This document shows positions 13,265 to 27,305 of a stretch of DNA of 64,000 nt, one piece after another. The stretch comes from Entomortierella parvispora E1425 (Eukaryota; Fungi; Mortierellomycota). A model generated the notes under the pieces. That model did not search any database. It worked only from the letters and a program-made list of their open reading frames with translations, and had not been told where the DNA came from. Every line of letters begins with the position of its first letter. Within the stretch, counting starts at the first letter, position 1. The stretch spans positions 868,001 through 932,000 of the forward strand of contig BQFW01000005.1 in assembly GCA_020891255.1 (NCBI GenBank), written 5' to 3'. Position numbers and translations under genes: made by a program.

Positions 13265-16200
13265 TTACACATTGTGGACTTTGGGAATGGGTCCAACATC
13301 CACCCCCAATTGTGAGGCCAGAACCTTTGCCTTCTTGATCTTGGCACTGTTGATTGAAGCCCATCGTCTGCCAGCACCATTGACAAGTCGAGTGATGATG
13401 TTAGCAGCTTGGCCCTTGGTCAGTTTGCTGCCCCTCTGCTTCTCCTTTGAAATTCGCCGTTCTTGCTCCCGAAGAGCCTCCTTGGCCTCTTTTTCCTGTT
13501 GCTTCGAGAGCTTCAACAGCTCCTTCAATGTAGGCCTCTTTCCATTACCGACAGAGGACGAAGTTAGGGCTGGATCGGATGACGAGTCTGCGGCCGGTTC
13601 GGGGTCAGAGAGTATTTGCTTAAGAGCCACCTGAACTGGATCCTCCAAGTACCCAAGCTTTTGCAAGTATCGAAGTTGGGCTTCTGAGGCCGGCTTCATT
13701 CGCCATTTTGCAAACCTTCCAAGCAACTCTGGTTGGTGACCCATATTCTTGGAGATCCAAGTGTCGACACCATGCACACAGTCCTCCAATGTATCCGACC
13801 GAATCGGTAACTCGGATCCCTTGGACTTGAACTGAGTTCCTTTTTTGCGGCTCCAGATGCTCGCACCTCCACCGGACTTGCCACTGTTTAGGTATGCATC
13901 CTCTTCTTTGTCCTCGATCGAGATATTTGACCGCTTGGTGCAAAAGTAAAGCCCATCTTCAGCTGATTTCTCAATCTTGAAGGTCTCCCCTTTGCAAGCC
14001 AACACGTAAGAATTGTCTCCAACATAGACCCATGCGTTCGACGACATGTTCCAGATGCGTCGGGGGACACCACTTGCATCGTCAATCAACTGATAAGGAT
14101 TATCGTACTCAAGAACTCGTATCCGTGTCACCATTTCTTGCTTCTTCTTGTCGAAATACTGCTCCTCTTCGGTCTCGACCAGCGGATGGTACAATTGCTC
14201 CGCGCCTTCAATGTCTTTCTCGAGCGCCGCCAACTCTTCTTGTCGAATAGCATCAATATCCAATTCATTATGAATCAATTTATCTCCTAGATATTGAACC
14301 AGAACAAGTTAGAGTTAGCTCATCTTCAGATCAAGAAACAAGGCACATTAAAAAAAAAAAAAAAAAAAAAGAGCCACCTACCACGAAGAACTGCATCTGT
14401 CTCCAGTCCCAGCAATGTCGGCACTGTAACGAGCCCATCTCCTCGAACAACATCCACAAAGTCGAGGACGAGACAGTCCTCTTTGCCGGGATGCAGTCGC
14501 ATGCCTCGTCCCAACATCTGCTGAAACAAAACGTTGGACTTTGTGGGTCTGGCCATGATAATAGAATCAATGACAGGGATATCTATGAAGAACAAAAAAA
14601 GTCAGGGTAGGCGAAAAAAGACAAATACATGCTCATATTATCTTGCTCTAATCACCTGTTCCTTCTGTCAAGATGCCACAGTTAACGATCACTGGAAACT
14701 TTCGATCGCGGAAATCCTGCAACATGGCTTTTCGCTCTTCATCCGGAGTGTTGCTCGAGAGGCCTCGTGCATCGTACCCATACTCTCGAAAGACTTTAGC
14801 GAGCGTTTCCAAATGGTCGATGTCCACTGCAAACACGACAGTCGATTTTCGCTCCTCTAAAAGGTCAAGTCATCAAAAACAATTTGCCGAGTTAATTACC
14901 AGCCAATGCAAACCCCGTCAAAGACAATAAAAAGAGGGAAGGTGCCCATACTGCAATAGGTCATGTAGCTGCGAACAATGATATCATTTCGAGCGTCAGT
15001 GTTGACCTTCAGGGAGAGGTCCTTGACTGCAAAGTCGCCCTCTCTTGTTTTGACATCTTCTAAGTTCGATTCAGTCTTGATGGTGGAAACTTTTAGACCG
15101 CACAACCTAGTAAAAGTTGTAAAGATGTCAGTCCATCTCGAACGCGAAATATGAAGCAAAGATACGAACCCGGTCTCCCTTTCTTACCATTTGTCATCAA
15201 TCATAGTGATAAAGCTTTTGTGATACGAGATGTAGTCAAAGACGCCTCCCAGTTTTATGCCATCGTGCCGCCTGACTGTGGCCGAGCATCCATAGACAAA
15301 GATCTTGGTGTCAGGCACGTCGGCGCCGAAATAATGCAGGATCCGAAGGTAGGAATCTGCGGCGGCATGGTGAGCTTCGTCAATGATGATGCACTTGAAT
15401 TCCTTCGGATCATATTTGTTGATACGATCTGAATTCGAACGACCCAGCGTTGGCACACTGGCCACAATAACGTCTGCATCCATGTCTGCCATCCTCTTTC
15501 CCTGATCAATGGAAACGGTCTATAGCGGTGCAAATAAAGGGGAGCACCTGTCTATCAAGCGGCATATTCTTCCTGGACATAATACAAACTCCTAGAGCTT
15601 CCACTCACCAGTCCAGCGCCGCTGCGTAGCACGTGGTTCCGAGTCTGGTTAAGTAGCTCCTGTCGATGCGCCAGAATCAGTGTTTTTGTTGCTCCAGGGG
15701 ATGGCGGTGGAACTTGCTTCATTAGATGCGAAAAGATGACCTAAAAGAACAAGTGTAGACGAGAGCTCAAGTGTAAGAGGTTCTGCTTAAGAGAGATCAA
15801 CAATTGGGCACAATAAAAAGGTGCTTACCGTTTTGCCACTTCCAACAGGCAGTGAAACGATCTGACGCATAACGCCTTCCTTGAGCTTGGTAAGGCAAGC
15901 GTCAATGCACTCTTGTTGGTAAGGCCGAAGAACCGTCTCAACGACTGGTAGCGCCTCCACAGCGACAGGCAGTGCCTCGGCCGGCAAGGTAGTACGTTTT
16001 TTGCCCTTTGCCTTTTTGCTCACTGGTTTGTCTGGCGATACTTTCTTTGTTCGTGCTTTACGCGTTGTGGCAGCCACTATACTCGCGGCAGGGGCTTCGG
16101 CAACCTGTATGCTCTTGGCCAGAAGTCGCTCCTCGGCCAGGATGGGCTCAGGGTTCATTTCCAGCAGCTTGGCATTAGACAGCGGTCGGCGTTGTCCTTG

Positions 16201-16332
16201 GGATCGGAGGAAAGTCCCGAGGGTCAATGGAGGAGGTGGTCGAAATGGTGGCGTATTGGGACTAACATGTCCGAGTCGAACCCATGAGCCTCTGTGGACG
16301 AGACAGCGATGAATGGGAGGCACGCGCAGCAT
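13265..16332 (-). CDS. IRC3: Irc3-like SF2 DExH-box DNA helicase, probably mitochondrial, multi-exon
   Basis: LRPYQQECI Q motif, LPVGSGKT Walker A, LILAHRQELL, IIIDEAHH, GCSAT, VNCGILTEG|D, QMLGRGMRLHPGKEDCLVLDFVD; presequence-like N-terminus; ATG 16332. Confidence 0.85.
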
Positions 16333-17300
16333 GGTCAAAGGGCGCGTGTGTAGGTGTTTGCAACAAAAGATTGCAAGGGTGGACCAGTGTCGAAGGGAAT
16401 GTCAACGGCCAGGGTGATGGACGCAGTCAGTCTTTGCCAGGGGGTGAAGGGAATGAAGAACTGCAAGAAACGACGCGCATCAGAAGAGCAGTGGTAAAAT
16501 ACATACGTGAAATACATATCACGTACAGAGAACTCCTCGTTTTGCTTTGCCACACAGGGAAGCCAACGGCCAGACTGGGAAGGGGACCCTGTCTGCTGGT
16601 TGGTGCTGCCTCTCTGTCTTCCTGTTTGTTGCATCGACAGAGTTCAGACGTTAATTGAGCTAGTGAATGAAGCAATAAAGATGATATATCGATGTTTTCA
16701 ATGAATGCTCAATTGCAAGGTACAAAGGCACGAGCAGAACCAGGCGGCAACGTTGGATCCGATCCTGGTCTGGCCTGCCCCGGGGCGGTTGTTGTCGCGG
16801 TTGCTGCTGCTGCTGTTGGGGTGCTGTCCTGTCCTGTCCTGAATCCTGTCGAGTGTGTTGGGAACAATGACCACGAGGAAGGAACGAACAAAGAGAACCA
16901 TGAAAAAAAAAAAAGCAAGCAAGCGTCAAGTGGTCTGTCTGTCTCTTCGTTCTCCACTCCACCTTCTTTTGCCAGTCCGGGTTCCCTCCTGTCTTCCTGT
17001 CTTCCTTTCTTCCTTACCTTCTTTCATTCCCTTTCCCTCTTTCTTTCTTCCATCCACCTCTCATCCTCTTCATCCTTTCTTTTCTGTTACGACTTGCCTC
17101 TATTTCAGACAGCACTCACTCCGCTCGTGTTGGTTTCGTCTGTCTCTTCCTCCTCCTCTTCTCTTCTCCTCTCACTCCCACGTTTTTGATAGAGCACTCA
17201 CTCTCATTACACGCGCGCACTTCCTTTCTTCATTCCTTCTTTCCATCGACACCCTCCTCCCCTTCCCCTTTCCATCCTCCTATCCTTCACATCATTCACA

Positions 17301-20300
17301 ATGTCCAGTCCAGACGACGCCTCCGCCGTCTCCTTGGATGCTCAGCACGACAAGTACGTGGGGCTCATGCTGGCCGTGTCCTCCTCGCTAATGATCGGCA
17401 TCTCCTTTGTCATCACAAAGAAAGGACTCATCGACTCGACCTCGCGCCACGGCGGACATGGCTCTGCCTCGGATCAGTATCTCTTCCTCAAGAACCCCAT
17501 CTGGCTCTTGGGAATGCTCACCAGTAAATGCTACTACAACAACAAGTGCAACTGCAACTGCTGCAAGCAACCCTCTATCTACCCCCGTCGTCCCTTTTTT
17601 TACAATCTCATCGACTCTTTCGTCCTGCCTGTCACCCCCCCCCATGCCCCTCTCCTCCTGCTCTTCCATCACATGTCTGCTCACGCCTCCCGCTCCCCCT
17701 CGAGATGTTTGAATCACTTGATGGGCGACATTCTAACCTTTGGCTACCTTCTTCTCCTTGCAAACAGTGGCCGCCGGTGAGATTGCCAACTTTGCAGCTT
17801 ATTCGTTCGCACCAGCTATTTTGGTGACTCCACTAGGTGCCCTCAGTGTCATCATTGGGTAACGCTCCCTTCCTTCCTTTTGCCCCCTGTACCAGTGCTT
17901 CTCCCTTCTGGGCGTCTTGACTGTTTGTGTCTATTTTTACGCTGCGATTTGTCCGTTTGCTGTTGGTGCATCAACTGGAGGACGAGACTCACTCTGGACC
18001 GCAAGGGGATATTGATCAGGAATCAGCCAACTTTCAACTCTTCTCCCACTGCTACTCGTACACTTCCTACTTTCTCGCCCTCGCTCTGTCTTCGTGCCCA
18101 ACGTGTCTGGCCCAAGAAAGAATGCTCTTCAAAACGAGGCGTCAAAGAAATACTTAAAGAAAGGGCCAGTGTAGTTTTCTTTCACACGAGGAAATGGGAA
18201 AAAGGAATGTTTGACTGGGACTAACCGACTGGTGTGGTCTGATGTCAGGTCGAGAGGACTTTTTCACATACCAGATGCCGGTATCAACGTATATCAGTTG
18301 TAGACATCATGGACAGCAATTTCAACGCAAGGAAATCTGAAAAAAAGGGACTCGACCCACACAGGAGAGAGAGAGAGAGAGAAGGGGGAGGGGTGGATCG
18401 AGAGATTCAAAATAGTATACCTCCACCAGCAAACAGGATGACCAGACAGAGATCGCCCATCCATCACCTCACTTGACCTTTTCTTCTCCACCCCTTCTCG
18501 ATCACCCTGCAGCAAGGGGGATGGATGAAAGAGTCCAAATACCTTTTCTACCTTTTCTCCAGCTTTTCAATACGCCCGACTAACAATCGTCTTGCTTTCA
18601 ACTTGTAGTGCTGTCTTGGCGTCATTTTTCTTGCACGAGAAACTCGGCATTGTGGGCAAGGTCGGATGTGCCCTCTGTCTGATTGGATCCGTCATTATTG
18701 TATTGCACGCACCCGAAGACAAGGAGATTCAATCTGTGGACCAGATTCTTGACCTTGCACTTCAACCAGGTAAACGATTACTTCTTTTTTCCTTCTCTCA
18801 TTTGCTACTGTTTCTGAGCTTTATTCGCTGTATTCTGGACGGGACCCTGGAGCGGAGACGAGAAGGAATGCTTTCACCGTTGGAAAAAAGAAGAGCCTGA
18901 ACAAGATCATATTGGAGAGACTGGAGAGAAAGCGCATGGCAACGACTTTGTTAAGCAGGATAGAAGTGGCATTGGAAGACTTCTTTTGGGCAGTAAGCCT
19001 TGAGCTACTGTATTCAAGATGATCAAGCAGGAATGGAGGGACGGGTTGGGGCGTGGGCACAGGCACAAGCAAAGACACAGGCTCTTCATAAGAACCATCT
19101 GAAAGTGGAGAAGATTTGGGCCCCTTCGGGACGGAACAATTTTTTCTGAGCAATCAAAAGAGTTCACGAGGGAAACAATTGTCTGGACAAAAGGAACGTT
19201 TATTTATTTTTTGGAGCTAGACAAACGCACAAGGGCACCTCTCCGAATTCTATTTGTGTCCAGGATTTTTTTTTTTTGTGCAACCATTTTTTCTTTCTTG
19301 TTCTCTCTGGACCGTTGTATGTACAAGAGCAGGAGCAAGTTCCGGGATGGGTTAACAGGACCAGGATCAGGACCGAAAGCAGGAACCAGGGAGACAGAAC
19401 TCTAGAAAATACAGGACAGAGAGAGAGAGAGAGAAGCAGTATTGGGTGTGTTTTCGAAAGATCAGGGTATCGAGAAAGATTACGCCCAATCTACAGCCCA
19501 ACAATTGACACCTACGCCCAGCCAAAAAAAGAAAAAAGTCAGAGCAGGGACCCTGGAGGAGAACAAAGCATTGGCCAACCCCTATTCGGACATTCTTTCT
19601 CTAGAGGTGGATACGTGATTCTTGGGCTGTTTGTGTCAGGGGCGCTGCATGTGCGGAGTGTACAAGTGGCGCAAGGATGATCCGAGGGTCTTTTTTTTTT
19701 TTTTTTTTTTTTTTGGGCTGTGAGGAGGAGCTTCCAGAAAAAGAGGACAAGACGGAACAATCTTTGGCGACTAGAACTATACCTTTTCTGGACCCTAGGT
19801 TCCTCATGAACATCCTGCACCGGAAACTGACCCGTGTCTCTGTTTTTCTCTTCCCTGTAATAGCGTTCATGATGTACAGTTTATTCGTGTTGGGCTTCTC
19901 GACGTTTATGATCTACAGAGTGGTACCCAAATACGGCAACAAGACGCCCGTGGTCAACATCTCGATTTGCTCCCTTGTGGGCTCGATCACCGTCATGGCA
20001 TCCAAGGGATTCGGAATTGCATTGAAGCTGACTTTTGCGGGCACGAATCAGCTGACGCACCCCTCGACCTACTTCTTCGCCATCATGGTTGCAGTCTGCA
20101 TCGTGACACAGATGAACTACTTCAACAAGGCCTTGGACATGTTCTCGACCAATGTGTAAGTTGCTGTTTTCTTTTTTTTTTCTTTTTTTTCTTTTTTTTT
20201 AAGTACTGATGTCCATGTTTTTTCCCGTCAAGAAATTAACTTTTTGTTTTTCGTTTGCGTTCGTCTCATTTTAGTGTCATGCCAATTTACTATGTCATGT

Positions 20301-20776
20301 TCACGACGGCGACAATTACAGCCTCCGTGATCTTGTTCCAGGGATTCAACACGACCTCGACCGTGAATGTAGTCTCGTTGTTCTGCGGATTCGGCACCAT
20401 CTTTTCTGGCGTGTTGCTCCTCAACAATGCACAGCACCCCGTGGTCGAGTCCACAGCCCATGTCAAGAACGGAGTCGCTATCACGACGGGCAGCAGCTCT
20501 GCCAGTGGCCATCATCACCATGGCTATGCGGATCGTCGCACCTCCAGAGAATCGACGCTTTTGAACGCCTTTGATGAAGAGAGCTTGGGATTGACGCAGT
20601 TGAGGGAAGAGGAGGATGAGGACACGGAAGAGGAGGAAGGCGGTGTTCATGAGATCCGGGGGCACCACGCAAATGGAGGAGCAGCCTTTGGTTCTTTTGG
20701 AGAAGATGATCTTTTGGCAGAGGAGGAAGAAGGCCGGAGGCGAAGGATGATGATGAACAGTGGCGTTCGCCATTAA
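17301..20776 (+). CDS. NIPA-family magnesium transporter, 5 exons
   Basis: [78 protein letters not shown]. Introns 17524-17767, 17859-18608, 18770-19863 and 20156-20274 all keep frame. Confidence 0.93.
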
Positions 20777-21522
20777 AACGTCATTCTCGCGTTCTCTTTT
20801 CTTTTACTTTTCTACAACTACATCGTGCCACCACCACTCATCCACACGACTACCACTTCACCACCACCACCACCCACCATTACCCACCAGCCAGCATCGA
20901 CATCTTCATCTTCATCTTCATCACGCCGTCCAGATGACAACTTTTTGTCATTTTTGTATACATTATCCAGGGCAGGTCTCAAGACGACAGACATTTTCGG
21001 GAAAAGGAAAAAAAATGGGAATTGCCCCTCTTGTCGAACACAAAAAAGAAGAGGGAAAATGAAAGGACGCAGAATGGGGGAGCAAGGGGGGGGGGGGGCA
21101 AGATGAGAAAATGTTTTGGTAATTTTTCATCCACAACACACCAAAAGAAAAAGAAAAAAAAAAAGAGAAACAACTCTCAGTAACGACACTTACTTTCTAT
21201 GACCATTCATATTAAAAGAGCACCATCACAATCAAAAAAAAAATGAAATGAAATGTAATGAAATGCAAAGGGACAAGGGGGAAGTGGGCGAATGGAGAGC
21301 ACAACATCCGTTGCAGGTGATATTGGATGGTTACTGTTCTTGTTGGTTTTAATTGAAAAGGATCGTCTATGTTTCGTCATAAAAGGTTGCTAGAATCAAG
21401 GGGGATGAAGGGGGGAAGGGACACGGAGGTTGTCGTGTGGCCTGTCTATCGTTGAAGTTTAAGAGACATTTACCGTCACAGTGGATGATCATCGTTGCCG
21501 CGCTTTTTTTTCCTTGGATTTT

Positions 21523-23652
21523 TTAACCATCGCGCTCTGCATTCATCATTCTCTTGCGACGATCATACTCTTGGAAGGACGAGACATCGCGTCCAAAGAC
21601 CCAGGTCATGAACCAGTACATGGGGATGATCATCTTGTTCCTGACCGACACACTCATGGTCAGATAACTCGATCGCCAAAAGATCCAGGCCAACTTTCCG
21701 GATTCCTTGGCCTTCTCGTTGATCTTTGTCATGTCCACAACAGCCTCCCAGTTGCCAATGTACGCCATCGATCCCAAGTTTTTGAACGAGAAGGGAGAAG
21801 CGACATCTGTGAAGGATCTTTCAGGGTACTTGGCCAACTGGTTCAGAGCTTTGCGGAGGTAAATGGCCTGCTGGTTCGCCACCTGGGCAGTCTGAGGAAG
21901 TTCGTGATCTAGAGACGTGAAGCAATATGTCAGCGCCCTGTACGTTGACACAGTTCTTCTGATCTTTTCCTTCTCATGACAATGGGATCGACTCCTACCT
22001 TTGATGGTGGCACAGTCACCAAGCGCGTAAACATTAGGGATCACCTTTCCTTCTGGATCCAGAACACGAAGGTACTCATCCGTCAAGATCCTCTTTGACT
22101 TTGACTTCAGCACCTTGCCCTCCAACGAAGCCGTCAATGGATTCTCCGTCAATCCTGTGGACCACACCAGACATCCGAATGGAATGACTTTTCCATCCTT
22201 CAACACCAGTCTTCCATCCTCGACCTTGTCCACCACAGTCCCTGTTCGGACCTCGATACCCGAACGACGGAACTTGTTCATACAGTATTCCGCCAATGAC
22301 TTGTCAAAGTTGGCCAAGATCGTCGGCGCCACATCATAGACCGCCAATGTCACATGGTTCATCAATCCCGGGAACAGTCTTGAGCAATCCTCTCGAATAA
22401 AGTCGTGCAGTTCGGATGAAAATTCTACTCCTGTGGGTCCACCGCCCACAACCGCGAAATGCAATAGTCCATTCTTTTCTTCGTCCGATTTCGACATTTC
22501 GGCTCGCTCAAAGCATTCCAGGACCCGGGATCGGATCTTGCGAGCGTCCGAGACTTCCTTCAAGAAGAATGCGTGCTCCTTGACACCCGGGATATTGAAG
22601 GTGTTGGAGTAGGATCCGACTCCGATGATCAAATGATCATAACTCAACGTCAGGCTGTCCATGCCCGCGGTTGACAAAGGTTTGTCAGATTTAGAAACAT
22701 AGACCGCAGGCGAGGGTGAGAGGTTCAAGGTACAGTCGACCTTGGATTGTTCGAAATCGACCGAATCGCACCAGGCTTGATGGTATTCGACATTCCGAGT
22801 ATACCCTCTCACCGGCTCAGTAATGCACCGGAATTCGAGCGTGCCCACAGAGGTCGAAGCCAATAGAGGCGTGAACAGAAAATGGTTTCTAAGAAAATGA
22901 CATTGGGACGATCAGTTACAGAAACAAAAGAAAGTTAATGAGGGACGATCGAAACGGCTCCGCCCAAAATGGACGTTGCGGAGAATGGACGTTCTGACGA
23001 AAAAAATAATACGAACAAAAAAAATATTTAAAAAAAAAAAAAAAAACGCGCAGCCACTCCCTCTTTCCTCTTGTTCCCGGACAATTCGGGTGTATTTTCC
23101 TGTTCAAGCCTTACCGTGGAGACACAGCCACGACCTGGTAGGCATCCTTGTTCATATCCCGAAGCAACTTGAACCCGCCCCATCCCGAACCCAGGATCAT
23201 TACCCGGCCTAATCAGATCAAAAAGTCAAAATTACACCATCTCGACGTCAGTTAGTTTTAGTCTGGATATCAATGAAACCAGTGTGATTCTATCCCTTTT
23301 TTTTCCTTCTGGTTGATCCTCTCATCTTCCTTGCATCTTTACCTTGAGACTTTCCCACGGATCGGATTCCTCGCTGCTGTTGTTGCTTCAAAAACACGCT
23401 AGAGTAGTAAGGGTCGAGTTCTGTTGCGGAAGATGTAGATGTGAAGGGCTGGATGGCGGCGGTGGCTCCCTGTGGATGTCTTTGTGATGGATGGTGGTGC
23501 TTTCGGGTCATGGTGGTCAAAGTCCTAGAACAAACTCCAGGTCCTTTAAGGGATAACGGCGTCTTCAGAGGCGTCTTAGTCAATCCCCGGATGGCGGTGG
23601 AATGGACAGACGCCCTAGAAAGACTCGCATGGAAGGATGACCAGAGTGGCAT
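21523..23652 (-). CDS. Type II (alternative, rotenone-insensitive) NADH:ubiquinone oxidoreductase, mitochondrial, NDE/NDI family
   Basis: Presequence-like N-terminus, ILGSGWGG (exon 2), NHFLFTPLLASTSVGTLEFR, VVGGGPTGVEF, YALGDCA, LPQTAQVANQQA, GSMAYIG; GT-AG introns. Confidence 0.93.
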
Positions 23653-25804
23653 CCACGTTGCCTGTGAAGAATCTAGAAGAGGATGAAGGTTAAAAAGCGG
23701 GCACGGACACGTAACTGGTAGGAGAGATCAAACAAAAAACGCTGACATACGACAGATCGAGGACATGCTAGGAGAAAGTAGAAGAGAGATAGGTAGGCTG
23801 GCAGGAAGGCGGGACAGGTAGATAGGTACAGATGGGACGATGAGGGTGGAGAAAAGCGTGGGATGAAAATGAAGAGCTGAGGAAGAAAGGAGAAGAAAGG
23901 GATGCAGGTCGTCACCCTTTATACATGCCGGTGTCTGACAAACCCAACAAAGCAGCTCGGATCGTGTGGCACCAAACGGAGATGCAGATCACCGAACCTG
24001 GTCTGCTAATCAAAGATTTTATTTTTTATTTTTTATCTTGCACTTGCAGTCATCATCCCACATCCCAGCCCAACGGGAGGCTGCTGTTGCCTATCAGATC
24101 CCTACCCTTTTCCATCTTCATTTAGTGATGGACCACCGAGTCAGTCCATGCCCAACAGCCGATAAAAATTAACTGGTTTTTTCTCTTCCGATCGTCTCCT
24201 CTGATTGAATGACGAGTTTTTTTGGCTGCTGCGCTCAACAAAACACCTGTGGACTGTGCGGGTGGACATAGTCGGAACATTTTTTTTTGTTTTGTCTTTG
24301 CGTTCGTTCCTTTGTTCAATTTTTTTATTCAGAGTTTTCATCGGAACCAGCTTCGAAAACGTCCGAGAGAGGAAACGACATTGTCAATCGGAACAGAACA
24401 GACCGGCTCCTTAGTCGGTAAAAGCCCTGCACTCGATAGAAGTCCCGCAGTTCCAATCTTTCTAAAACCTCTCAAAACCAAACCGGTTACACATTTACCT
24501 GTCGTTGCTGTCGAAGAGCTTCCCTTGACCTCGTTTCTAGCCGCTTTGTCACATTTCATCAAGGACGAAAGGAACTTGACAAGGAGAGAGAAGGAGCTAT
24601 TGGTGTTTATCAGCGTTTAACTTTTTCTTGTTTGTGTTTGCCATACCATACCTTCCGTTTAGAGTGTGTTCACCACGCTCCCCACACTTCGAATTCCTCC
24701 TATCGCTTTCTATCTTCTTTCTCGGAGCCCAACAAAAAGTAAATGAGGCATGCGGCGAAGTCGACCTTTCTTCATTCTAAAGCCGTTCATAATTGTTGCA
24801 GGCGTGTTCAGCGGATCTTTTTTTTTAAGATTCAGCAGTGCTGATTATCATTTTATTTTATCCTTTCAGTTTCTTTTCTACATAGGAGTTTGCGGCACTA
24901 AGGGTCATGACTCGCAAAAAATCCGAAGAAAAGTAATTGGATCAGAGAAAGGAAACAATCCAGACAAAAAATATCTTTGGGTGGATTAACGAAGGCGATT
25001 GTGGATTTTGATGAAGTGAAGAGGGCGGAATGCTTGGATGCTTGAGCCTTATGCATTCGGAGGTCGGTCGGTTCGATAACTAAGAGTTCAGCTGGTAACT
25101 GCCGTGTAGTTGTTGTTGTTGTTGTTGTTGTTGTGAGATGTTGTCTGCTGTTTGATTGTGGTTGATATTGGTTGGTGTTGTTTGTGGATCAAACATTGCT
25201 GTGTTAACATTTACATGCTTCGACAACTTGTTGACCTGGTACCACGATTCTCGTCTCCTGTGGACTCCTCCCCGCCCGAAAATCGGGTAATGGTTTTCGA
25301 TAACATCCAAGGATGTTTACGTTGACGTTGTGACAAAACCAAATAACATGTCTGGATCAACTCGAAGAAGTGGAAAAGAAATAAGGAAAAAGAAAGAGAA
25401 AAATAAAGGAAAGAAAGAAAGCCGGGTATAGGAGAGCGTAGAGATGGCAGTGCTACAAATCAAAAAAAGTCGTAGACGAGGATCAGTCCGCAAACAGAAA
25501 CCCTGACAGAAAAAATGAAAGAACTGCTTTCTTGAAAGCGTCAAATGAAAGGTCTGAAATAGAAAATGGGCAAAAGAATAACACCATAAAAAATAACAGC
25601 AAAAGGCGACGCCTTGACGAAAGTAGTATACAAGCAAGAAATCACAAAAGAAAGGCAATAATAGTACAGGAGCTGAATAAAAACGCAACAGAAGAGTTCA
25701 CAAACGACAGAATACAAAGCACGGAAAGTAAAAGAAGGGGGGAATCGCAATGGGTATGAACTGACGAAAAAGACCAGTAAAGGTTCAAGGCAGCTGCGAA
25801 TAGA

Positions 25805-27305
25805 TTACTGGCTCTGGATCTTGAGCAGCATACGCAGGTTCTGGCTGATTTCGCTCAGCTGGTCGACACCAGGCCGTCCGATCTGCTGGGGTGGGTGGGA
25901 TGGCGAGTAGCTCGACGTTGCCATGCGCTCGGGGACGTTGTAGTGTCCGCCCATGGACATGTGGCCATAGGAGGGGGGCACGGGCATGGACTGGTGCATA
26001 CCAGGCCAACCCATGGTTTCGTATTGAAGAGCCTTCTCCTGGATACGCATGTTGTTGAGCTGAGGAGAAGCGGCCTCGGCAAAGAAGGGGGCCGAGGGCA
26101 AACGCTCAACAGGTGGCTCAACAGGGCTGTTGCCCAAGGAGCGCGTGAAGGCAGGAATAGGGAGACTGGTAGGAGCGGGCGAGTTGTGGAAGGTAGGACC
26201 GGCGTAGAGACCCTTCTTCTCGCTGGCATTACGCTCAGGCGAGCGTGCCTTTGGAGCAAGATGATCCATGCGAGGAGATGCATTCATGGTACTAAAGGGG
26301 AAGGACGATCAGAAATAGAACAAAACAAAGAGAGGATTAGGCCATTGGAACCATTGTCGCCACAGACACAACGATCTGGGTTCTGGTAAGCAACACGCTG
26401 AGATGCAGCCATATCAGCCACAATACAACCACAATCATCCCCACTCTATTCTCCAAGGGAACAGAGGACCTCAAGGACAGGGTGACGATGAAAGGATAGT
26501 CTCCTGTGCTGATACAACCCAATATAACTCTAATCGAAACAATCAAGCTGATCAAGGAGCAGCCAGAGCCGCTCCCTTTACTCTTGTGTTCTTACCCTTG
26601 ACGAGACTGTGCCATCACGGGTGCGGAGCTAGGTCGTTGCAAGGGACTGGAGGTAAGGTGGATCGGGTAGCCCTTGTTGAAACCCTCTCGATGATGCATG
26701 GCCGTGCGAGAGCGGGCCGACTCTGAGTCGGACGAGTCGGACGAAGACGAAGGTGGGCTGGAGGGGTTCTGAGGAGGGCTTTGGCTCAAGGCCAAGTCCA
26801 AGTCGACAGTGGCCAGCGACTCTGTCATGGACTCGATCTCTTTGCGGCGTTGAACCCGACGAGCCTTGGATTGAGGCTGCGACTGCGGTCTGGGCCGCTG
26901 GTTGGAGAACCGGTTCTGCTGCTGCTGTTGCTGCTGGTCATGCTGATGGCGCTGCGGTTGAGTTTGCTGCGTCATGACCTGTTTAGAGTCAGAGTCGGTC
27001 TTTCGAGTCTGAACCGCCGCCTCGTTCACAGACTTTGAGGCAGCACCAGCCTTGGGGGAGGATCGTTGCTGGTTACCGGTCTGGTTACCGTTACGGATCG
27101 AGCGCTGCGACTGCTGCTGTTGAGGGTTCTGAGACTGTTGGGACTGGAACTTTGCGGGCCTTGGCTGAGTCTGGGACTGGGACTGGAGGCCGCTCTTCTG
27201 GATAGCGGCGGTGAGGCCACTTTTCCTGTTCTGTCTTTGCTGGTGGGCACGAGGAGGGGCAGTTGAGGACGGGGAAGGTGTTGTGGGTACAGGTGAGGGA
27301 TGCAT
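25805..27305 (-). CDS. Disordered protein with PNRC/Edc1-type mRNA decapping activator motif, two exons (27305-26596, 26291-25805)
   Basis: Exons join in frame (CAA GG|T ACC ATG); carries LYAGPTFHNSPAPTSLPIPAF, matching the YAGxxF...LPxP motif of Edc1/PNRC proteins; Q/S/P-rich. Confidence 0.8.

Noticed and set aside
16335-17300. Several overlapping ORFs between IRC3 and NIPA
   Set aside because: Simple repeats (GACAG, GCT, poly-A) and pyrimidine tracts of a divergent promoter/UTR; no protein-like frame.
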